Positions 47,072 through 56,845 of a DNA stretch of 64,000 nucleotides are shown piece after piece (position 1 is the stretch's first letter; the number at the start of each line of letters is the position of its first letter). Below the pieces are notes generated by a model. That model searched no databases. It was not told the origin of the DNA and worked only from the letters and a program-made list of their open reading frames with translations. The stretch comes from Candidatus Latescibacterota bacterium (lineage in GTDB: Bacteria > Latescibacterota > UBA2968), in NCBI GenBank assembly GCA_965204375.1, contig OZ241986.1:3168001-3232000 (forward strand), given 5' to 3'. The translations under genes were made by a program, and so were the position numbers.

Positions 47072-48322
47072 ATGGCCGAAGGTAAATTCGACCTGCTGTT
47101 GAAAGGCGGGCGGGTGATTGATCCCGCCAACAAGGTAAATGGATTATGCGATGTGGGAATTGCAAATGGGAAAATTGCAAAAGTGGAAGCGGATATCGCC
47201 GCAGAAGAAGCAGACCATGTGGTAGATGTGTCAGACCTGATAGTAACACCCGGGTTGATCGATATTCACATCCACGCCTACTTCACCCGAGCATCAGGAG
47301 AGGGCCTCTTCAGTGCAAGCCTGAACCCAGATGCACATTTCCCACATTCTGGCGTAACAACATGCGTAGATACGGGCACCGCGGGATGCGAAGAAATAGC
47401 GCATTTTCGCCAAACCGTCATGGAACATGCAAAAACGCGGGTACTGGCCTATGTAAATATTTCCGCACCCGGTATGGGCGCGCCCGAGCAGGATATCCAA
47501 ACATTTGACGTAGATAGCGCTGCAAAAGCCGCCCTCGAACACAGCGAAGTAGTCGTCGGCATCAAAACAGCACATTACTGGACAAGCGCGCCATTTGACG
47601 ACATGCATCCACCCTGGGAATCAGTGGAAAAAGCAGTTGAAGCGGGCGATGGATGCGGCATGCCCGTCATGGTCGATTTTTGGCCGCGTCCCGAACGGCC
47701 CTATCCCACGCTGATTCTCGAAAAACTCCGCCCAAGTGATATTCACACCCATGTTTATGCGCGGCAATTCCCAGTAGTAGATGACAACGGAAACGTCGAA
47801 CCGTATATGTTTGAAGCCAGACAACGCGGAGTCTGGTTTGACCTGGGGCATGGCGCTGCGAGTTTCTGGTATCGAAACGGAGCGCGAGCCATTGCCAATG
47901 GATTTGCCCCCGACTCCATCAGCACAGACCTGCACATGGGCAATATTTCTGGTACCGTATTCAGCATGCAAGACACCATGTCAAAATGTCTGGCAATGGG
48001 CATGACCCTCGAAGACGTAATTTACAGATCAACCGCGACGCCAGCGCGTGCTATCGGACGACCGGAATTGGGCACCCTATCAGTGGGTGCAGAAGCGGAT
48101 GTTGCAGTCCTCGCTCTCGAAAAGGGGAACTTCTCATTTCAAGACTGCGGCTATACGCGGATAGATACAGATCAACGCCTGATCTGTCGGCTCACAATTC
48201 GCAATGGACAGATCATTTTTGATCGAGACGCGCGCACCGTACCCCATTGGGAAGATGCGCCCCCCGAATACTGGCCGGTAACTGAAATACCCGTCAGGGT
48301 CCCCAGATTGTGGCGGGCATGA
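47072..48322 (+). CDS. amidohydrolase/dihydroorotase-like metallohydrolase
   Basis: 'PGLIDIHIH', 'GVTTCVDTG', 'DLGHG..SF', 'SISTDLH', 'GAEADVAV'. Confidence 0.88.
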   Translation: MAEGKFDLLLKGGRVIDPANKVNGLCDVGIANGKIAKVEADIAAEEADHVVDVSDLIVTPGLIDIHIHAYFTRASGEGLFSASLNPDAHFPHSGVTTCVDTGTAGCEEIAHFRQTVMEHAKTRVLAYVNISAPGMGAPEQDIQTFDVDSAAKAALEHSEVVVGIKTAHYWTSAPFDDMHPPWESVEKAVEAGDGCGMPVMVDFWPRPERPYPTLILEKLRPSDIHTHVYARQFPVVDDNGNVEPYMFEARQRGVWFDLGHGAASFWYRNGARAIANGFAPDSISTDLHMGNISGTVFSMQDTMSKCLAMGMTLEDVIYRSTATPARAIGRPELGTLSVGAEADVAVLALEKGNFSFQDCGYTRIDTDQRLICRLTIRNGQIIFDRDARTVPHWEDAPPEYWPVTEIPVRVPRLWRA

Positions 48323-48426
48323 AAAGAACATTATCCGCAGATGGACGCAGATAAAAGCAGATGAAGGCAGATGAAGGCAGACAAAAGCAGATGAAGGCAG
48401 ATGAAGGCAGATTGTGGCGGGCATAA
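48304..48426 (+). repeat. (GCAGATGAAG)-type decamer array flanked by 17-bp direct repeats
   Basis: CAGATTGTGGCGGGCAT at 48304-48320 and 48408-48424 around ~7 decamers. Confidence 0.88.
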
Positions 48427-48433
48427 GTAAACG

Positions 48434-49441
48434 TCAACTCAGCGTTTCTGGGCGCACCATCTCGCCCCGTTCGGCCGATGTATCGGCCGCGCATGCCGCC
48501 GCGAGCGAGTCGAAGGCATCTTCACCGGTCACCGCGATCGGTGCATCGTTCACGACCGAATCGACAAACGCGTAAACGGCCCCCGCGATCCCCGACGCTG
48601 TACTGTTGTCCAAACCGCTTAAATCTTCCCAGTCTTCTGCCCCTTCACGATAGACATGCGATCCCACAATCATGCCTGCAGAAGCAACCACTCGGAACAT
48701 ATCGTCGAGAGAATTTGAACGCGGCCATCGCGCCTCGTAGGTCACCGTGACCTGACCCACGACATCACCTGCAAACTGGAACAGGGCGGATGTTGTCTTA
48801 TCTCTTGGGAACTCCAGATTACCGAGCCGATTGGCGAAAGCACAGACAGACTCGACAGGTCGCCCTGCGTAATGTCGCGCGAGATCCACTTCGTGAATGC
48901 CCGAACCGTTTAAAGCACTCCGCCCTGCCTCTACCGACGCATACCACGGCGAACGCGCAAACTGTCCGCGTTTGTCCTGAATTGCATCAATACGGAGGTG
49001 GATCAAATCGCCCACTTCGCCAGAATCGAGAATCGCTTTGATTCGCTTGAAGCGTGGCCGGAACCTGCGCTCGTGCGCCACCATCACTTTCCTCCCCGTC
49101 GCCTTTGCCGCGGCCAAAATTGCACGCGCATCCTCGAGGTTCGTCGCAAGCGGTTTCGTCTGCAACACATGGGCACCAGCCTCGAAACAAGCCGTTGAAT
49201 GTGGTCGATGGAGATGGTCGGGGGTCACGACACACACCGCGTCAGGACGCTCCTTTTCGAGCATAACCTCAATCATCTCATAGATGGCATCCACCTCGTC
49301 GTACTCATTATGAACCATTTCGGCTCGATCGGCGTCTGGATCCACCAGAACAAGCCTATCTATATCCGGATGCCCAGCCAGCGCACGAACAAAATACTGA
49401 CCCAACCCAAGCCCTACAACTGCTGCCTTTATTGATCCCAT
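48434..49441 (-). CDS. Gfo/Idh/MocA family oxidoreductase
   Basis: 'VVGLGLG', 'TPDHLH', 'HVLQTKPL', 'GIHEVD'. Confidence 0.88.
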   Translation of the reverse strand: MGSIKAAVVGLGLGQYFVRALAGHPDIDRLVLVDPDADRAEMVHNEYDEVDAIYEMIEVMLEKERPDAVCVVTPDHLHRPHSTACFEAGAHVLQTKPLATNLEDARAILAAAKATGRKVMVAHERRFRPRFKRIKAILDSGEVGDLIHLRIDAIQDKRGQFARSPWYASVEAGRSALNGSGIHEVDLARHYAGRPVESVCAFANRLGNLEFPRDKTTSALFQFAGDVVGQVTVTYEARWPRSNSLDDMFRVVASAGMIVGSHVYREGAEDWEDLSGLDNSTASGIAGAVYAFVDSVVNDAPIAVTGEDAFDSLAAACAADTSAERGEMVRPETLS

Positions 49442-49521
49442 AACGTCTCCTTCTGCTTTAGCAAAAAGGCGATCCATCGCCTGGTAGATCGCCTTTCTCT
49501 TGGATTATCATATTTATTGCA

Positions 49522-50379
49522 TCAATGCATTTCGTGCGTCTCCAACCCGTGCATAGCTCCGGACTCGATAAAATACAGCCCATACGCAAGAGCGATCCCC
49601 ACGAGCAAGGACACAGTGAGCTTGACTCGATCGTGACAGTGAAAATGGATTTCCGGCAGCAGATCGCTCAGGGAAATACACAGAAACGCGCCGGCTGCAA
49701 AAACCAGCACATAACCGACCACCTCTTCCTCCCAATGTCCCAAAAACCCAATCCCCCAAAAAGTCAACAAAGCCACCACCGGACAGAGCACCGCGAATCC
49801 GATATTAACTGCTATACGAGCACGGAGGCTATGACCCGCGGCCTGCAACAAACCGATAATGGAGAACGCGTCGAGTGGCTTGTGAAAAAGAATCGCAAGA
49901 AACACCCCAAGCCCCACCAAACCGGCTTCGCCCTCGTGTATTTCACCAACCCGGATACTGGTGCCCAAAGCGATGCCCTCGGTCACAGTATGCAAACCCA
50001 GACCCAGGCAGATGCCGATCAACCTGCTTTCGGGACTGGTATGCTCGCGGGCATGCTCATGGAGAAAATCACCTGCCTCATCGCTGAAATCGTGCTGGTG
50101 AAAATGGAAGATACGCAACAACAACACCATCATTATGATGCCGAACATCATCAATACCATGGCTTTTTCGACGGCACCCGGCCCGGGAATCCATACCAGA
50201 CCGTGCGGCAGGAGATGATACAGAGCGATGCCCAGAATGAAACCTGCAACAAAACTCATCACCGTCTGGATGCGCGTATGCGTCATGGTAACCTTTGCTG
50301 GCAGATATCCGCCGAACAAAGACGCGGCAATGATAGCGATAGAGTATCCTATAAAAAGAGGTAGAAAATTCGAATCCAA
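49522..50379 (-). CDS. ZIP family zinc/divalent metal transporter
   Basis: 'HLLPH', His-rich loop, 'HTVTEGIALG', 'HKPLD', 'DLLPE'. Confidence 0.9.
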   Translation of the reverse strand: MDSNFLPLFIGYSIAIIAASLFGGYLPAKVTMTHTRIQTVMSFVAGFILGIALYHLLPHGLVWIPGPGAVEKAMVLMMFGIIMMVLLLRIFHFHQHDFSDEAGDFLHEHAREHTSPESRLIGICLGLGLHTVTEGIALGTSIRVGEIHEGEAGLVGLGVFLAILFHKPLDAFSIIGLLQAAGHSLRARIAVNIGFAVLCPVVALLTFWGIGFLGHWEEEVVGYVLVFAAGAFLCISLSDLLPEIHFHCHDRVKLTVSLLVGIALAYGLYFIESGAMHGLETHEMH

Positions 50380-50415
50380 AGTGATTTAAACCCCAAAAAT
50401 CCAAATGATCTGATA

Positions 50416-51666
50416 TCAAAGTTTGAACAGAGGGCGGATATTGAACAACGTATCCTCATAGCCATTCTTAAAAGCACCTGCGCGGAATCGCCAAACGATC
50501 AAGGCGATCAGGGCAAAAGCACTGCCCCATTGGATGAGCTGAATGGTCTCTGACTCCGAGGGACCAAGGTACACGGGAATCGTCACGCCGAGGGCGAGAA
50601 GCAGAATATCAACTGCAATGCCCAGTACGACAGTAACTGCGATCACCGATGACACATAGATAGAGGCAAAGCGCGTGCCGAACTGGCTGACAATAATCGC
50701 AATAGTGCCCGTATTGGTCGCCGGTCCAGTCATCAGAAAAATCATCGCCGCGCCAGGACTAAACCCCTTGGCGACCAGCGCGGCGGCTATCGGAGTACTC
50801 GCGGACGCACAGATATAGAGAGGTACACCAACCAGCACCATAACGGGGTAGGACAACCAGCGCGCATACGCATTTGACATCAGATCGCTCGGAATCGCCA
50901 GATAGATCACGCCTCCCAGCGCGATGCCCACGATCAACGCAAACAGAATATCGTCCGCTATTTCGACAAAGCCATAGCGAAAAATATGCCTGACGACTTT
51001 TTTAAAACTCAGATCATCCGCAGAAATTTGTTTGTCGTCGGCCCGAACCATATCGCGTTTGTGGTGATTGATCATCCTCACCCAGCCAAAAAATAACGTC
51101 TTCAATTGTGAGGGACTAACGTAGCAATCGTCGCTTCCAGATACCAGAGGTTCGTGCCCATGGTCGTGGTCACATTCATGATCGCAGTCCTGGTCATAGT
51201 CACGACCGCGATCGCTCCTCTCAGTCTCGTCGCGATCATCTCGTATGAGACCCATACAAAAAATACCGGCGACGACAGCGGTAATAAAACTGATGATGGG
51301 CCTGATAATAGCGACGATAAATCCAAAAAATGCGTTCGTGACCAGAATCGAATCCGCACCTGTTTCCGGCGCCGTAATCAGGAAAGACATACAGGACGAA
51401 CGAGACGCGCCCTTATTGCGCATCTCGGCAACTATTGGCACAACCGAGCAACTGCAAAGCGGCACGGGCACGCCAACCGCCGCACTTGTACTCACCGATT
51501 TCAAGCTATCCTCACGCAACCATCGCAGAATGGCCTCACGCGAGATAAATACGTGAATCAGACCTGAAAGAAATAGCCCCAGCATTAGCATAGGTGCTAA
51601 CAACAGGAACGATAACCAGAGAAAATCAAAGAAATCAGTCAATATTTGGAGAACTTTTAAAACCAA
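50416..51666 (-). CDS. DUF318/ArsP-like (SO_0444-type) metal permease
   Basis: 'PLCSCSVVP', 'YICASASTP', 'GPATN', His/Cys/Asp-rich loop. Confidence 0.85.
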   Translation of the reverse strand: MVLKVLQILTDFFDFLWLSFLLLAPMLMLGLFLSGLIHVFISREAILRWLREDSLKSVSTSAAVGVPVPLCSCSVVPIVAEMRNKGASRSSCMSFLITAPETGADSILVTNAFFGFIVAIIRPIISFITAVVAGIFCMGLIRDDRDETERSDRGRDYDQDCDHECDHDHGHEPLVSGSDDCYVSPSQLKTLFFGWVRMINHHKRDMVRADDKQISADDLSFKKVVRHIFRYGFVEIADDILFALIVGIALGGVIYLAIPSDLMSNAYARWLSYPVMVLVGVPLYICASASTPIAAALVAKGFSPGAAMIFLMTGPATNTGTIAIIVSQFGTRFASIYVSSVIAVTVVLGIAVDILLLALGVTIPVYLGPSESETIQLIQWGSAFALIALIVWRFRAGAFKNGYEDTLFNIRPLFKL

Positions 51667-51775
51667 TTGACCTCACCTCTTCTGCCAGACCGATGTTGAC
51701 GTGCTGGCCATCAACCCGGGCGGTTGTTGGCCTTTATCATTTTCATTTGTATTTGCAGTTTTTTTAACTTCAAAC

Positions 51776-53038
51776 TCATTCACGTGTAAGATCGAGCCAG
51801 ACATTCACCTGACCGGATGCGCGGAGCCACTCAAACCAGGCCTGCCAGGTCTGACCGCGTAGATCAATAATACTTTCTTGTACATCCAGAGCCTCTCCCA
51901 ATTGTCCAAAATAGTCAGCCATATCCATATCCCCGGCTTGCCAGAGTCGGCGTAATTGCTCGCTTTGTCGGTCCAGGCTCTTTCGTCCTGTATGTTCCCA
52001 CTCATCCCAGGCAGAGCGCGATAACCCGTAGCGCTCTGCCGCACTAATCAGGGAAGCGTGTGCCATCTGCACCGCGTCATCGGCGAGTTGTTGAGCCTGG
52101 ACGCGCTCTGCCATAGCTGCGGTAACTTCATGTGCAAAGCGGTTCCTGATCGGAATCGGAATGGACAGGCCCAAACCGAGCAACCTTTCGCCATCTTCGT
52201 ACCCACCGGTGAAACTCAGTGTCGGGTCTGGGCGACGTTCGCGTCGTTGCAATCCCACCACAGCATCAGCCATAGTGACCCGCTGCCGCGCAGCTACAAC
52301 CCCCGGTAGCGCCAGCACCATGGCCTGCGAATCAGCACTTTGCTCAGGTATCTCTGGTAGTTTTTCGGGAAGAGAGGGCCACTGCGCCTCGGGGGTTCGC
52401 GGGCCAAGGCTGTACACCGCTTGTCGCGCCTCGGCCAAATCGGCGGCCGCCATTGCTTTTTGAATGCGTACCTCGGCCAAAGAGAGGAGAACTTGATCGA
52501 GTTCCACCTGGTCTAATTCGCCAGCCTCAAACTGACGCTGCGCCAATGTCGCAAACTCCTCCATCAACTGCTGGCGCGTCTGGGACAGGCGATTGCGTTC
52601 AAAGCCAGTTTGGTACTGCGCGAGACCATTGAGCAAATCTACTGCGACCACCCATCTGGCGTCCATGTACTCCGCCTCGGCAACGAGACGGTCCAACTCC
52701 GCCACTGCGGTACGCGCCTTGCGTTTGCCGCCCCAGTCCAGCGTCTGACTAATCGATAGTGTGCGTATTCTGGCCTGTGCATTCTCAGCATCCAGCGACA
52801 ATTCGGGATTGTAGAGGGGGCGCGACGCTGCATCTCTAAGCGCACCACTCGCTTCTAAACCTGCGCGTGCCGCCTGCACGCGGTGATTGGAATCAACCAC
52901 AGCTTGCACAAAACGCGTTAACGCGACACTGGCCCGGGCATCTCCCAGCACCGTTGTCTCGGAGACCAGTGTCGTCCATGACACCAATATCAGGCCACAC
53001 AATACGAAAACGTATCGATAACATAGTTTTGGCATCAA
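51776..53038 (-). CDS. TolC/CzcC family outer-membrane efflux protein
   Basis: 'NPELS', 'SQTLDWGGKRKAR', 'LGLSIPIP', OEP-like helices. Confidence 0.85.
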   Translation of the reverse strand: MMPKLCYRYVFVLCGLILVSWTTLVSETTVLGDARASVALTRFVQAVVDSNHRVQAARAGLEASGALRDAASRPLYNPELSLDAENAQARIRTLSISQTLDWGGKRKARTAVAELDRLVAEAEYMDARWVVAVDLLNGLAQYQTGFERNRLSQTRQQLMEEFATLAQRQFEAGELDQVELDQVLLSLAEVRIQKAMAAADLAEARQAVYSLGPRTPEAQWPSLPEKLPEIPEQSADSQAMVLALPGVVAARQRVTMADAVVGLQRRERRPDPTLSFTGGYEDGERLLGLGLSIPIPIRNRFAHEVTAAMAERVQAQQLADDAVQMAHASLISAAERYGLSRSAWDEWEHTGRKSLDRQSEQLRRLWQAGDMDMADYFGQLGEALDVQESIIDLRGQTWQAWFEWLRASGQVNVWLDLTRE

Positions 53039-53098
53039 TCATCCTCCCAATGGTGACAATCAAAAGTAATCCGGAAAATTTAGCGCGGAATATACAAC

Positions 53099-53297
53099 TA
53101 TATAACGTGATGTGTGACTTTAAAAGTAAATGTGCTACTATACCCTGTCATGCTGAGGAAGCCGATAGGCTGACGAAGCATCTGTTACCCATGCACACCG
53201 TTGAGGCAGCAGATTCTTCGACTCCGCTGCGCTCCGCTCAGAATGACAGTGCTCTTATGACCACTGATCTTGAAGTCACACATGGCGTAACTATATA
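53099..53297. mobile_element. MITE-like element with imperfect terminal inverted repeats enclosing a REP-like palindrome pair
   Basis: ATGTGTGACTT (53110-53120) / AAGTCACACAT (53273-53283) with TATA flanks; inner TGTCATGCTGAG...GAAGCATCT / AGATTCTTCG...CTCAGAATGACA (53146-53248). Confidence 0.65.
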
Positions 53298-53328
53298 CCC
53301 AAAATTGTTAATAGACAATTTGTAAAAA

Positions 53329-54711
53329 TCAAATCTGGTGCGTTTTCCAATGTCCCTGGGCAAATTTGCGAACGGTCAGTGCCCCCTGTACAATACTGTA
53401 AACAATAAGCGCGGCCCAGATACCGTAGATATCAAACCCAAGTGTAAACCCCAGGAGATATGCGACCGGCAGGCGAACCAGCCACTGGGCAATCAGGGTA
53501 TAATACATCGGAGGCATCGTATCGCCGGCACCTCTGAGACTGCCGCTACTCGTATTGGCAGCACACAAAAATGGTTCGGCAACGACCATCGCGTAAAGGT
53601 AGATGACACCGATGCCGATCACTTCCTGTGCATCCGTAAATATCGACATGAAAAACCCCGCAAACACCACGGCGGGCAGCGACAGGGCAATATTGGTCAC
53701 AACAGAAATAAAGAGAATCGTCCAACCGTGGCGCTCTGCACCAGCAGGCTCTTTCGCCCCCAAATGCTGCCCCACCATAGCCGTTGCAACCGTGCCAAAA
53801 GCCAGCCCGGTTCGCCGCAAAATGTGTTCCACCTGACTCCCAATCGCATACGCTGCAACCGCAGTTGTAGATAATGTGGACATTGCAATAAGTTTGAGAT
53901 AAACCACACCTGAGCCGTTGCGCAAAATCCCCTGAAGACCAGAAGGAACGCCAATCTTGAGGATGCGACGCGCAACATCCCAGTTAAACCTGTAGGACGT
54001 ATCGGGCAAAAGTGTGAGCGCGAAACGCCCACTATAAAGACACCCAAGCCCAATCAACGTTGCCGCACTGCGCCCCAAAAGACCGCCCACAGCAGCCCCC
54101 ACAACGCCCAATGCCGGCAAACCCCAGTGACCAAAGATGAGGAGATAACACATCACAATTTGAATGCTACTACTGATCAAACTCAGATAGAAAGGCGTAC
54201 GCGTATCTCCAGCACCCTGAAAACAACTCGCAATCGCGCGATTCAGCGTCATAAAAGGAACACCCAAAAAGAAAACCTGTAAATACGGCGTGCCCAGAGC
54301 CGCCACCTCGGAATCAGAAGTCATCATCGGAATCAAAAAAGGCGAAAGAGCCAAACTGCCCAGACCAAAAGCGATACTAAACAAAAAAAGCAGGGAAAAC
54401 GCCTGCTTCGCCGCTGCACTGGCTTCGCGCATAGAATCTGCGCCAATCGCCTGTGCGACCATCGTCAGCGCGCCCCTCGAAATGGACATCATCGCGGTAA
54501 AGAGCACGCGCGTAAACGCCTGGGCAATACCCACCGCAGAAAGGGCGACAGGACCGAGCTTCCCAATCATAAAGAGTTGCGCCATATACACAGCCGTCTC
54601 GATCATGCCTCCCCCAGCAACGGGTAAGGTCATCCAGAGGACCTTACTGGTTAGTGAAAGATCGACTTTGCGCTCGGTGGATTCTACTGTCGTTTCGAGT
54701 GGTTTAGACAT
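53329..54711 (-). CDS. MATE family efflux transporter
   Basis: ~12 TM; 'GAGDTRTP', 'LGVVGAA', 'RGAGDT'. Confidence 0.92.
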   Translation of the reverse strand: MSKPLETTVESTERKVDLSLTSKVLWMTLPVAGGGMIETAVYMAQLFMIGKLGPVALSAVGIAQAFTRVLFTAMMSISRGALTMVAQAIGADSMREASAAAKQAFSLLFLFSIAFGLGSLALSPFLIPMMTSDSEVAALGTPYLQVFFLGVPFMTLNRAIASCFQGAGDTRTPFYLSLISSSIQIVMCYLLIFGHWGLPALGVVGAAVGGLLGRSAATLIGLGCLYSGRFALTLLPDTSYRFNWDVARRILKIGVPSGLQGILRNGSGVVYLKLIAMSTLSTTAVAAYAIGSQVEHILRRTGLAFGTVATAMVGQHLGAKEPAGAERHGWTILFISVVTNIALSLPAVVFAGFFMSIFTDAQEVIGIGVIYLYAMVVAEPFLCAANTSSGSLRGAGDTMPPMYYTLIAQWLVRLPVAYLLGFTLGFDIYGIWAALIVYSIVQGALTVRKFAQGHWKTHQI

Positions 54712-54714
54712 GGA

Positions 54715-54904
54715 GAATTAGGAATTAGGATTAAAAATTAGGAGCGGTGCATAACTGGTGATAGCCATTTCATCAACGAAAGTACCCCTTCGTGTCCTTT
54801 GTGTCCTTCGTGGATCATTTTGGGTGGTAGGGCGGGGTTCGTCTATTCGTCTATGAACTGGCCTGAGAGTCGGCCAGTTGTACCCCGCTCCGTCTATTCG
54901 TCTA
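54715..54904. repeat. cluster of short tandem repeats
   Basis: (AATTAGG)n at 54716-54742; (CTTYGTGTC)n at ~54788-54812; (TTCGTCTA)n at ~54838-54854 and ~54891-54904. Confidence 0.7.
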
Positions 54905-55651
54905 AAGATGTTCGGGAATACCCTGTCCCATCACCATAGCTGCGACATCGTCCTGCGTAACATCACAGATCGGAAAATCGCCGACCTTTTCGCCGTGGCT
55001 GAGAATAGTTGCCCGATCAGCAACTTCAAACACATGAGTAATATTGTGCGTAATAAAAATGACACCTATACCTTTTTCTTTAGCAGCCGTGATATAGCCG
55101 AGCACCTTGCGCGTTTCGCCAACGGAAAGCGCAGAAGTCGGCTCATCGAGAATAAGCACGCGAGACCCAAAGTGAAGGGCGCGGGCTATGGCAATCGATT
55201 GTCGCTCCCCACCGGAAAGACGGGCAACAGATTCACTCGCATTGCGAATGTGAATACCTATCTCACCCAGCGCCGCAGCCGCACCTGCATCCATCGCCGC
55301 CTGATCGAAAAGCGCAAACGGACCGACCCGCTTGACGAGTTCCCTGCCCAGATAAAAATTGCGCGCAATGCTCATACTCGGCACGAGCGCGAGATCCTGA
55401 TAAACGGTCTCAATCCCCAGATCTCGGGCATCCTGCGGCGAGTCGAACCGAATAACTTCATCTCCAAAATACATATCGCCTTCGCTCGGCGGATAAACAC
55501 CCGTAATCACCTTAATCAGCGTAGATTTACCCGCCCCATTATCGCCTAAAAGCGCGAGAACTTCACCATCCTCAAGTGTGAAATCAATGCCTTTCAGCGC
55601 GACAATATGCCCAAAACGGCGACCGATATTTTTTAGCTCCAGCAAAGCCAA
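54902..55651 (-). CDS. sugar ABC transporter ATP-binding protein
   Basis: 'GDNGAGKST', 'IETVYQDLAL', 'LSGGERQ', 'DEPTSAL'; probable TTG start. Confidence 0.92.
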   Translation of the reverse strand: MALLELKNIGRRFGHIVALKGIDFTLEDGEVLALLGDNGAGKSTLIKVITGVYPPSEGDMYFGDEVIRFDSPQDARDLGIETVYQDLALVPSMSIARNFYLGRELVKRVGPFALFDQAAMDAGAAAALGEIGIHIRNASESVARLSGGERQSIAIARALHFGSRVLILDEPTSALSVGETRKVLGYITAAKEKGIGVIFITHNITHVFEVADRATILSHGEKVGDFPICDVTQDDVAAMVMGQGIPEHL

Positions 55652-55658
55652 AGTAGCC

Positions 55659-56837
55659 TCAGCGTTCTTTCCGCACAAAATTGTTAATCACAACAGCCGC
55701 GATCATAATAGCGCCAATAGCACCTCGAAAGGCATTGGAGGGAACCTGCATAAGAACAAGCCCCGTGCGCAACATACCCGTCAGCGCCGTGCCAATAGCC
55801 GAACCGATCAAACTGCCATACCCTCCTGTGAGCAGCGTTCCACCAATGACAACCGCGGCGATGACTTCGAGTTCCAGCCCCGTACCGCGCAATGGATCAA
55901 CACTCTTGAGGCGCGCGACCTGAATAATACCCGCAAGTGCGGCGAGAAATCCCGAAATGACAAAATTGATCACGCGCACGCGATCAATACGAATACCCTG
56001 CAAACGCGCCGCCTGGGCATTGCCCCCCGTGGCAAAAACAGCGTTGCCAAAGCGCGTTTGACGCAACACAATTGCAAAAACAGACGTAAGCCCAATCCAC
56101 CAGAGAATACTGGTGCGATAATTATCCGTTCCAATGCGTCCGTTGAGCGCATAAAAAAAATCAATTTTAACCGGCATCAAAGGATGGGGTACAAGTGCCT
56201 CAATGACGAGATAAGCGACAAAAAGAAGCGCGGCAATAACCAGAATTTTGGACTTTATGGATTGATTTCTCGCCCGCCAGATATCCCGCGCCGACCACAG
56301 AACAAGAAAAAAAAGTGCGAGCGTCAAAATAAAAACCACCAGACCGGGCACTTCGAGAATTGGAGACTCGCGCGAATAGTCGGCATATCGTATAATGCGC
56401 CCCCCAGAAATAGCCGTAAGGGGAATGGCGCGATAAGCGAGCATCGTCCCCAGCGTAATAATAAACGATGGAATGCCCGTGGATATGAGAAGCAACCCAT
56501 TGATCAGACCGAGCAAACAACCGACAATTAATCCAATGGCTGCCGCGAGTAAAACAGGTACACCATTTACAGTTGCATAGAGAAACGCGAGAGAAGACAC
56601 CCCGAGAATAGAACCAACTGAAAGGTCAAACTCTCCAGAAATCATCAAAAGCGTAATACCAATCGCGAGGATGCCTGGAACGGCCTGACTGTTGAGAATG
56701 GATGAAATTGCGCTATGGGAGAGAAATGTATCTGGCGTGGCGAATGCAAAGATCAAAAATATAACGGAAAAACCCGCTGCAGCGCCAGCTTCTGGAGAGC
56801 GCACAAAGCGGGTGCGAATGGCGTCATAAGGCTTCAA
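55659..56837 (-). CDS. sugar ABC transporter permease (RbsC-like)
   Basis: 'GEFDLSVGS', 'IPSFIITLG', 'ELEVIAAVVIGG'. Confidence 0.92.
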   Translation of the reverse strand: MKPYDAIRTRFVRSPEAGAAAGFSVIFLIFAFATPDTFLSHSAISSILNSQAVPGILAIGITLLMISGEFDLSVGSILGVSSLAFLYATVNGVPVLLAAAIGLIVGCLLGLINGLLLISTGIPSFIITLGTMLAYRAIPLTAISGGRIIRYADYSRESPILEVPGLVVFILTLALFFLVLWSARDIWRARNQSIKSKILVIAALLFVAYLVIEALVPHPLMPVKIDFFYALNGRIGTDNYRTSILWWIGLTSVFAIVLRQTRFGNAVFATGGNAQAARLQGIRIDRVRVINFVISGFLAALAGIIQVARLKSVDPLRGTGLELEVIAAVVIGGTLLTGGYGSLIGSAIGTALTGMLRTGLVLMQVPSNAFRGAIGAIMIAAVVINNFVRKER

Positions 56838-56845
56838 TAGAAATC

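Noticed and set aside
48134-48494. Low-complexity ORFs 'HLPSSAFICVHLR' (also 18414-18679)
   Set aside because: These are translations of the GCAGAT decamer repeats, not plausible genes.
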